Source of the DNA: Planctomycetota bacterium
GTDB lineage: Bacteria > Planctomycetota > Planctomycetia > Pirellulales > UBA1268
NCBI GenBank assembly: GCA_016872555.1
Contig: VGZO01000007.1
Location: 38,897-102,896, forward strand
Reading direction: 5' to 3'
DNA length: 64,000 nt
Below are positions 57,694-64,000 of the stretch, piece by piece. Position 1 is the stretch's first letter; every line of letters begins with the position of its first letter. Below the pieces are notes generated by a model. It saw only the letters and a program-made list of their open reading frames with translations. It was not told the origin of the DNA and did no database searches. The position numbers and the translations under genes are program-made.

Positions 57694-58796
57694 GGTCGGC
57701 GGAGTCTACTCCCCGCCCTGCGCCGTCGCCACGCACACCAGGCGGCCAATCCCGCGCCCGTCACCGCCAGCGTGACGCTCCCCGGCTCCGGGACGGCGAC
57801 GATGCCGCCGATCTGCCCCAAGCCGCTGGAAAACGTCGGACCGGCCGAGCCGTCGGCAAAGAACGAGTAGATCGCCCCGTCCCCGGCCGGGCTCCCCACC
57901 AGCAACCGATCGCCCTGCATCATCGTCATCACCCCGGCGCCGAACGGAGCACCAGTGGAGGCGAACGAAGTGGTGTTCAACGTGGCGAGGTCCGTTTTCA
58001 GCACGTTGCCATTCATGATGCTGGCGGTGTAGAGGGAACTACCGCTGATCACCAGGCCTGTCGGGCCGAGGAGACCGCTGGCGCCGTTGGCGATCACCTC
58101 GCCCACGTACGCTCCGGTGGCGTCGAACTTCTTGACCGGCCCGGTCGCGGCGAACGTTTGGAAACTGTAGGTCTGGTCGGCGACGTACAGACTGCCGTCG
58201 GGGCCGATTGCCAACCCGGGGCTGCTCGCGAGATTGCCGCCGACGGTGTAGTCGGAGACGGTGTAATTGAACGACGATCCGCTTTGGCCCACGCTCACCT
58301 TCACCACCGGACCGGTGTTTTGGTAGAGGGGATTTCGGCCGACGAGCAGGTCATTTCCCTTGAGGACGATGCTGGCGGGAAACACCCCGGCCGCAGCCAG
58401 CGAAACCACCTCCGGCGACAGTGTCCCCGTGGTCACGTCGAACCGGCGGAGCTGCGGGCCGACGGTCGTGGAGTTACCTGATTCGCCGATATACAGCGCG
58501 CCGTCGGGGCCGAGCGCGAGCGCCGCCGGGCTGAAGAGCGTTCCGTCGGGCAGGAGCGTGGTCAACGTTCCGGCGGGGTTCGCCGAGTCGTATCGCGACA
58601 GGCTGCCATTTGTCAGGCTCGCCACATACACCGTGTCGGCGACCGCGAGGCCGGCGAGGGCGACCACGGCCAAGCCTGCCACCAGCAACCCCATGCGCGG
58701 CAACCGGCGGATGCCGCCCGCTCCCGATCGCCCCTCACCACCACCGCGCCGACCTCGCCGGTCGGTCCCCACCGAACGCACTCCCGAACGCTTCAT
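57690..58796 (-). CDS. PEP-CTERM-anchored NHL/beta-propeller repeat protein
   Basis: 368 aa. GGGAGAG lies upstream of ATG 58796. Signal/anchor [19 protein letters not shown]. Repeated GPDG(A/S)LY(I/V)... propeller blades. The C-terminus [28 protein letters not shown] is a PEP motif plus TM plus Arg cluster. Confidence 0.85.
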   Translation of the reverse strand: MKRSGVRSVGTDRRGRRGGGEGRSGAGGIRRLPRMGLLVAGLAVVALAGLAVADTVYVASLTNGSLSRYDSANPAGTLTTLLPDGTLFSPAALALGPDGALYIGESGNSTTVGPQLRRFDVTTGTLSPEVVSLAAAGVFPASIVLKGNDLLVGRNPLYQNTGPVVKVSVGQSGSSFNYTVSDYTVGGNLASSPGLAIGPDGSLYVADQTYSFQTFAATGPVKKFDATGAYVGEVIANGASGLLGPTGLVISGSSLYTASIMNGNVLKTDLATLNTTSFASTGAPFGAGVMTMMQGDRLLVGSPAGDGAIYSFFADGSAGPTFSSGLGQIGGIVAVPEPGSVTLAVTGAGLAAWCAWRRRRAGSRLRRP

Positions 58797-58846
58797 CGAG
58801 CTCTCCCGTTTTCAACGCGGCTCCCGGGGGCTGCGCACGCAGCCTT

Positions 58847-58872
58847 CCGGTACCTCGACGGCGAGGTACCGG
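58847..58872. other. perfect 11-bp-stem hairpin/palindrome (CCGGTACCTCG-ACGG-CGAGGTACCGG), with a second GC hairpin at 58829-58844
   Basis: Read directly. Both lie 35-75 nt upstream of the PEP-CTERM gene start and downstream of tRNA-Gln on the same strand. No U-tract follows. Confidence 0.5.
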
Positions 58873-59325
58873 GTCGTCGTGACCCGTTCGACCGCATGAC
58901 AGTCCTCACGGCGACACCACGGCGCCGTCAACCAACGCCCAGACAGTCCGTGGACCGAGCCCTCGCGGGACTCGTTCCACGGCGTCTTCGCGCGGACTCC
59001 GGGCGCGGCGGACAGGCGGCGTCCGGAGCAAAGACGCTCCGGGGGGCAAATCGCGGGCCAAACGGAACGTCCGCCGGGGCCGGTGCGCGCCTGCCGGAGC
59101 GAACCGCTGCCAGACGGCAGTGTTTCAACTGAAAACCAGCGGCGCCCGGCCGTCGGTCATCGCGTTGCTTTCGCGATGGCAAGAAAGGCGAACTGTCGAC
59201 GTGGGGCAATTTGCCCCACGGTTCCGCGTGCCTTGGAGCCGACAGCACCGTGATGGGCCGCCGTGGATGGTGCGAATCGTCCCACGCAGTCGCCGCAGCG
59301 AGCGGGAACCGGCTCGATTGGACAG

Positions 59326-59396
59326 TTGCCCGGCTAGGATTCGAACCTAGACAAAGGGAACCAAAATCCCTTGTGCTACCGTTACACTACCGGGCA
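59326..59396 (-). tRNA. tRNA-Gln (anticodon UUG)
   Basis: Hand-folded on the minus strand. Acceptor TGCCCGG/CCGGGCA, D arm GTGT-AACGGTA-GCAC, anticodon stem AGGGA/TCCCT with loop TTTTGGT, T arm CTAGG-TTCGAAT-CCTAG, discriminator A. Confidence 0.9.
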
Positions 59397-59475
59397 GTCG
59401 TCGTCTCGACGCATGATACCCGCAGGCGGGGCAGCCGGACCGGGCGGCGAACGGTTTGGCCACGCGAGCCGTCGC

Positions 59476-60270
59476 TCATCGTGGTGACGACTCGCCGCCT
59501 GACCCCGTCCGCAGCTCTCCGGGCGTTGATCCGTCGCCGGCTGCGGTCGTCGCGGGCGCGTCGCTGGGACCGCCGGCGGCAGCGGTCTCCCCCGGCTTCA
59601 CCAGCCGGTTGGTGACCGCGAACGAGAGTTGCTCCAACTCGATCGCCAGATCGACGGAAACGACCTGGACCTGCGGTGGCAGGGCGAGCGTCACCGGGGC
59701 GAAGTTGACGACCCCTTCGACCCCCGCGGCGACGAGCCGGTCGGCGACCTGCTGGGCCTGGTCGGCAGGCACGACGATCATCCCCAGGCGGATGCCGTGC
59801 TCGCGGACGATCCGCGGCAACTCCGCGAGCGGGAGGATCGGCAAGCCCTGGATGACCTGCCCGACCTTGGCCGGGTCGGCGTCGAACACCGCCTGGATGG
59901 AGAAGTTCTGCCGGCCGAAGCCGCGGTAGCCGAGCAGGGCCTGCCCGAGGTTGCCGGCGCCGACCATCACCACCGGCCAGAAATGGTTGGTGCCGAGGAT
60001 GTCGCGCATCGCCCGGATCAACTCGTCGCAGCGGTAGCCGACACCCGGGTAGCCGAACTGCCCGAAGAAACCGAGGTCCTTCCGCACCTGGGCGTCACTG
60101 AACCCCAGGAGCGTGCCGAGTTGCCCCGACGAAATCGTCTGCTGACCGGCAGCCTGGAGCCGCTGGAGCTCGCGGAGGTACAGGCTCAACCGGCTGACCA
60201 CCACCTTCGGCACCGAGACGTCCGAAGGGGGCTCGCCGGCTGGGGGTCGCGTGTCGCTCATGTCGGCCAT
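59476..60270 (-). CDS. rex: redox-sensing transcriptional repressor Rex
   Basis: 264 aa. Winged helix RLSLYLRELQRL...ISSGQLG..., Rossmann VVMVGAGNLGQALLGY, and a low-complexity C-terminal tail. Confidence 0.9.
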   Translation of the reverse strand: MADMSDTRPPAGEPPSDVSVPKVVVSRLSLYLRELQRLQAAGQQTISSGQLGTLLGFSDAQVRKDLGFFGQFGYPGVGYRCDELIRAMRDILGTNHFWPVVMVGAGNLGQALLGYRGFGRQNFSIQAVFDADPAKVGQVIQGLPILPLAELPRIVREHGIRLGMIVVPADQAQQVADRLVAAGVEGVVNFAPVTLALPPQVQVVSVDLAIELEQLSFAVTNRLVKPGETAAAGGPSDAPATTAAGDGSTPGELRTGSGGESSPR

Positions 60271-60545
60271 GCGGTGCGCGTGTCATCCCCCCGAATCGGC
60301 ACGACTCTACCGACCCGCCCCCGTCACCCGCAACGAACGCGGGTCCGGGATGTCAATCTGTGCCGAATGTCCGGCCACTGGTGCCCTGGAAAAACGGTGC
60401 TGGCTGCGTGTTTTGGTCAATCTGCGTGGTTTTTGTGGCCGATGGTTTCCTAGGCGTGCCGGCGGACCGCGCCGGCCCCACTCCCCATCGTTTCCACCCG
60501 AACCACTCTTTGCTCAGGAGCACCTCCTCGCCAGAGGAAGCAGCC

Positions 60546-63134
60546 ATGAAGACCACGTGGACAGCCTGTCTGCTGCTTGTCGCCGGGATCGGATGGGCGG
60601 CCGCCGCCCGCGCCGATCTCGCCGACATGCCGGCCGACGGTGCCGGGACCGCGGCGCTTTCCGCCGCCGATCCCTGCATCGAGGGCGAACCGACGCCCGC
60701 CGACGACCCCGTCATCGACGCCCCGTGCAGCCCGACGCGGCTGGTCCGGGACGTGGTGTTCGAGAACCGTGACTTCACCTGCTGGAAGACCGTCTCCGAG
60801 CGGCAGGTGGAGCAGCGCGAAATCGACTGCATCCGCTTTGAGAGGGAAACGTCCTTCAAGGAACAGGAATACACGGTCTGCACGCCGGTGTGGGAGTCGC
60901 GCACCCGGACGGTGAACTACACCCTCACCAAGCCGGTGTGGGAGACGATCACCAAGGAGATCCCCTACACCGTCTGCACGCCGGTGTGGGAGACGCGGCA
61001 GCGCGAAATCCGCACCACGGTCTGCAAGCCGGTGTGGGAGACGCTCACCAAGGAGATCCCCTACACCGTCTGCAAGCCGGTCTACGAGACGCGCCAGCAG
61101 ACCTACACCGTCTGCAAGCCGGTGTGGGAGACGCTCACCAAGGAGATCCCCTACACCGTCTGCAAGCCGGTCTACGAGACGATGAGCCGCGAGATCCCCT
61201 ACACGGTCTGCAAGCCCGTCTACGAGACCCGCCAGCAGGTCTACACGGTCAACAAGCCCGTTTACGAGACCATGTCCCGTGAGATCCCGTACACGGTCAA
61301 CAAGCCCGTCTACGAGACCCGCCAGCAGGTCTACACCGTCAACAAGCCGGTCCACGAGACCATGTCCCGCGAAGTCCCCTACACGGTCAACAAGCCCGTC
61401 TACGAGACCCGCCAGCAGGTCTACACGGTCAACAAGCCGGTCTACGAGACCATGTCCCGCGAGGTCCCTTACACGGTCTGCCGGCCGGTGTACGAGACCC
61501 GTGAGCAGGTCTACACGGTCAGCAAGCCGGTCTACGAGACGATGACCCGCGAGATCCCCTACACGGTCTGCCGGCCGGTGTACGAGACCCGTGAGCAGAC
61601 CTACACCGTCTGCAGGCCGGTCCAGGAGACCCGCACCAAGGAGATCCCCTACACCGTCTGCAAGCCGGTGTACGAGACCCGCGAGCAGACCTACACCGTC
61701 TGCAAGCCGGTCCAGGAGACCCGCACCAAGGAGATCCCCTACACCGTCTGCAAGCCGGTGTGGGAGACCCGTGAGCGCGACGTCTGCAAGACGATCTGCA
61801 AGCCGGTCCACTACACCAAGACCGTGCAGGTCCACTGCGGCCGCTGGGAGACCGAGGTCTGCGAGATCCCCGGACCGGTGATCACCCGCTGCATCCGCGA
61901 GCCGGGCTGCTGGGTGTGGGACGAATGCCAGTGCAAGTGCGTCTACCAGCCCGGCGAGGTGCGCCGCGTCGAGGAGCAGTGCCCGCCTCGCCAGGTCACC
62001 AAGAAGCGGTGGGTGACCGAGATCCGCGAGAAAGAAGTGCAGTGCGTCCGCCACGAGCGTGAGACCGTCGTCGAGAAGCGCTGCGAGAAGGTCTGCCGGA
62101 TGGTCCCCGTGCAGCGGATCAAGACCTGCACCTACACGGTCTGCCGGATGGTGCCGGAGCAGCGCTGCCGCACCTACCAGGTCTGCCGGATGGTCCCCGA
62201 GCAGCGCGTCCGCACCTGCACCTACACCGTCTGCCGGATGGTGCCGGAGCAGCGCTGCCGCACCTACCAGGTCTGCCGGATGGTGCCCGAGCAGCGGGTC
62301 AAGACCTGCGCCTACCAGGTCTGCCGGATGGTGCCCGAGCAACGCGTCCGCACCTACCAGGTGTGCCGCATGGTCCCCGAGCAGCGCGTCCGGACCTGCA
62401 CCTACCAGGTCTGCCGGATGGTGCCCGAGCAGCGCGTCCGCACCTACCAGGTGTGCCGCATGGTCCCCGAGCAGCGTGTCCGGACCTGCACCTACCAGGT
62501 CTGCCGGATGGTGCCCGAGCAGCGCGTCCGCACCTACCAGGTGTGCCGCATGGTCCCCGAGCAGCATGTCCGGACCTGCACCTACCAGGTCTGCCGCATG
62601 GTGCCCGAGCAGCGCGTCCGCACCTACCAGGTGTGCCGCATGGTCCCTGAGCAGCATGTCCGGACCTGCACCTACCAGGTCTGCCGCATGGTGCCCGAGC
62701 AGCGCGTCAAGACCTGCTGCTACAAGGTCTGCCGGATGGTGCCCGAGCAGCGTGTGCGCACCTACCAGGTGTGCCGCATGGTCCCCGAGCAGCGCGTCAA
62801 GACCTGCTGCTACAAGGTCTGCCGGCTGGTCCCCGAGGAGCAGGTCCGGACCTGCACCTACAAGGTCTGCCGGATCGAGAAGGAGCAGCGCGTCAAGACG
62901 TGCACCCAGCGGGTCTGCCGGATGGTCACCGAGCAGTGCTCGAAGGAAGTGCCCTACAAGGTGTGCACGATGGTCCGCGAAACCCGCACCCGCCAGGTGC
63001 CGGTGACGACGGTCCGGCCTGTGCACGAGACGAAGACCATCGACGTGGTGCGGATGGTGCCCAAGCGGGTGCCGTACACCGTGACGCAGCGCGTCCCGAT
63101 GACGGTCTACCGCGAGGAACCCGTCTGCCAGTGA
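60546..63134 (+). CDS. secreted Cys-rich YTV-type tandem-repeat protein (two repeat modules)
   Basis: Start set at ATG 60546 within ORF 60360..63134. Signal peptide MKTTWTACLLLVAGIGWAAAARA. About 20 units of YTV[CN][KR]PV[YWHQ]ET..., a Cys-rich linker, then about 20 units of Y[QTK]VCRMVPEQRV[RK]T(C[TCA]). Followed by a strong terminator. Confidence 0.88.
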   Translation: MKTTWTACLLLVAGIGWAAAARADLADMPADGAGTAALSAADPCIEGEPTPADDPVIDAPCSPTRLVRDVVFENRDFTCWKTVSERQVEQREIDCIRFERETSFKEQEYTVCTPVWESRTRTVNYTLTKPVWETITKEIPYTVCTPVWETRQREIRTTVCKPVWETLTKEIPYTVCKPVYETRQQTYTVCKPVWETLTKEIPYTVCKPVYETMSREIPYTVCKPVYETRQQVYTVNKPVYETMSREIPYTVNKPVYETRQQVYTVNKPVHETMSREVPYTVNKPVYETRQQVYTVNKPVYETMSREVPYTVCRPVYETREQVYTVSKPVYETMTREIPYTVCRPVYETREQTYTVCRPVQETRTKEIPYTVCKPVYETREQTYTVCKPVQETRTKEIPYTVCKPVWETRERDVCKTICKPVHYTKTVQVHCGRWETEVCEIPGPVITRCIREPGCWVWDECQCKCVYQPGEVRRVEEQCPPRQVTKKRWVTEIREKEVQCVRHERETVVEKRCEKVCRMVPVQRIKTCTYTVCRMVPEQRCRTYQVCRMVPEQRVRTCTYTVCRMVPEQRCRTYQVCRMVPEQRVKTCAYQVCRMVPEQRVRTYQVCRMVPEQRVRTCTYQVCRMVPEQRVRTYQVCRMVPEQRVRTCTYQVCRMVPEQRVRTYQVCRMVPEQHVRTCTYQVCRMVPEQRVRTYQVCRMVPEQHVRTCTYQVCRMVPEQRVKTCCYKVCRMVPEQRVRTYQVCRMVPEQRVKTCCYKVCRLVPEEQVRTCTYKVCRIEKEQRVKTCTQRVCRMVTEQCSKEVPYKVCTMVRETRTRQVPVTTVRPVHETKTIDVVRMVPKRVPYTVTQRVPMTVYREEPVCQ
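60870..61830 (+). repeat. coding tandem repeat module A (42/48-nt units, 90-bp super-period)
   Basis: For example, 61201-61290, 61291-61380 and 61381-61470 align base-for-base with few substitutions. Confidence 0.9.
62091..62940 (+). repeat. coding tandem repeat module B (42/48-nt units, 90-bp super-period; 8 phased copies at 62131-62850)
   Basis: Copies start at 62131, 62221, 62311, 62401, 62491, 62581, 62671 and 62761. In a 40-nt-shifted register, 62351-62440 versus 62441-62530 differ at 1 position by my reading. Confidence 0.92.
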
Positions 63135-63213
63135 CCCTTCGATGCTGACGCCCCTGCCCCCGGCATGCGCCTGCGGGCCGGCCGGTGGGGACGGGCGGGA
63201 CGATTGGGAGTGG

Positions 63214-63252
63214 AGCGGCCCGGTCCGGCAGGACCGGGCCGCTTCTTTTTTG
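63214..63252 (+). terminator. Rho-independent terminator of the YTV-repeat gene
   Basis: 13-bp perfect GC-rich stem AGCGGCCCGGTCC-GGCA-GGACCGGGCCGCT, followed by TCTTTTTTG, 80 nt after the stop codon. Confidence 0.9.
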
Positions 63253-63263
63253 CCTCAGCCCGT

Positions 63264-64000
63264 TCACTGCCGTGGAGGCGCGGGTGCGGCGCTTCCGGCA
63301 CCGGCGGCCTGCTGGCCCGGGATGACCGGCGCGACGCCGTTGGCCTCACGGGCCGCCGGCCGGGCGATCGACTCCGTGTCGCCACCGGCCTCGCGGGCCG
63401 CCGGCGACGTCGCCTGCTTGCGCATCACGTTCACCGGCGCCGCGCCACGGGCGATCTCGGCGATCGGTTTGAACGTCATCACGCCGTTCTCGAACACCAG
63501 CCCGTAGAGCTCCTGGCCGCCGGTGTGGCAGTCGAATCCCTCGGGGCCACCGCAGCCCGACGTCGGGCAGGTGGCGAACGGCATGAAGCCGACGTAGCGG
63601 AACCCGTACAGCTGCTTGCCGCAGGGCCCCTCGCCGAGGACCGCCTCGTAGAAGCCGAGGGGCACGTTGGTGGCGTTGACGACGAAACCCTCTCCGCCCG
63701 CAGCCATCCGCGCGCCCGCCGCGCCCGCAGGGAGACTGCTGATCAGCGACCCCAGCGCCGTCAGGTTCTCGTCGGTCTGGCTGTCGAGTTGGACGTCGAG
63801 ACCGGTCAGGTTCCACCCTTGGTCGAGCGAGATCGACGTGTTGTTGATGCCGAAGCCGCTCCGGGCGTGGATCGCGTATTCCTCGCTGAAATCAGGGAGG
63901 TAGACCAGATCGATCGCCACCTGGGTTGTCGAGGCTTCACCGGTCACCGTGTTCACGAACGGCGCGAGCTTGAGGTACGGCTTGGGCCGGTAGTAGCGGA
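63264..64000 (-). CDS. hypothetical protein, partial (5' end beyond window end)
   Basis: The track lists 63264..63956, but the frame stays open to base 64000 (...RYYRPKPYLKLAPFVNTVTGEAST...). Contains a Cys cluster (FATCPTSGCGGPEGFDCH) and an Ala/Gly/Pro-rich C-terminal tail. No family recognised. Confidence 0.6.
   Translation of the reverse strand, partial: RYYRPKPYLKLAPFVNTVTGEASTTQVAIDLVYLPDFSEEYAIHARSGFGINNTSISLDQGWNLTGLDVQLDSQTDENLTALGSLISSLPAGAAGARMAAGGEGFVVNATNVPLGFYEAVLGEGPCGKQLYGFRYVGFMPFATCPTSGCGGPEGFDCHTGGQELYGLVFENGVMTFKPIAEIARGAAPVNVMRKQATSPAAREAGGDTESIARPAAREANGVAPVIPGQQAAGAGSAAPAPPRQ

Noticed and set aside
60870-62940. Possibility that the 90-bp tandem repeats are a CRISPR array
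   Set aside because: The repeats are contiguous with no unique spacers, they lie inside a continuous signal-peptide ORF, and there are no cas genes in the window.
60450-63026. 858-aa minus-strand ORF spanning the whole repeat gene (HPADLVGAG... periodic sequence)
   Set aside because: It is the antisense shadow of the + strand YTV-repeat gene. The periodicity is inherited, there is no signal peptide, start context or terminator, and the + frame has a signal peptide, an SD and a strong terminator.

Overview
Very GC-rich bacterial chromosome segment, almost certainly from a Planctomycetota genome. The hallmark families are a PSCyt1/DUF1549/DUF1553 giant protein paired with DUF1501, a DUF1559 prepilin-type protein, a YTV-type repeat protein, and PEP-CTERM plus exosortase. 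I can support about 52 protein-coding genes, 2 tRNAs (Ser-GCU, Gln-UUG), one truncated sulfatase pseudogene, one strong intrinsic terminator and several tandem repeats. Most of the window is housekeeping: pcrA, rdgB, scpB, proA, folP, recO, ybeY, phoH, cdsA, uppS, purA, rex and homospermidine synthase. The accessory or unusual content is as follows. (1) A minus-strand exosortase / Wzc-like kinase / EpsI / gmd / fcl operon at 4.3-11.1 kb. Its only recognisable PEP-CTERM substrate lies 47 kb away and is translationally coupled to a DUF1559 pseudopilin. (2) An 862-aa secreted protein at 60.5-63.1 kb built of about 40 short Cys-containing YTV-like units in two modules, encoded by near-identical 90-bp tandem repeats. 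(3) A small protein with a roughly 90-residue D/E tail punctuated by Trp. (4) An arylsulfatase C-terminal fragment starting on the base after tRNA-Ser. (5) A six-copy C4/G4 octamer repeat filling the leader of nnrE. No CRISPR array, transposase, integrase or recognisable defence system was seen. Many long ORFs in the supplied track are GC-driven alternative-frame or antisense artefacts and were rejected. Start codons are often uncertain and are stated where I moved them.
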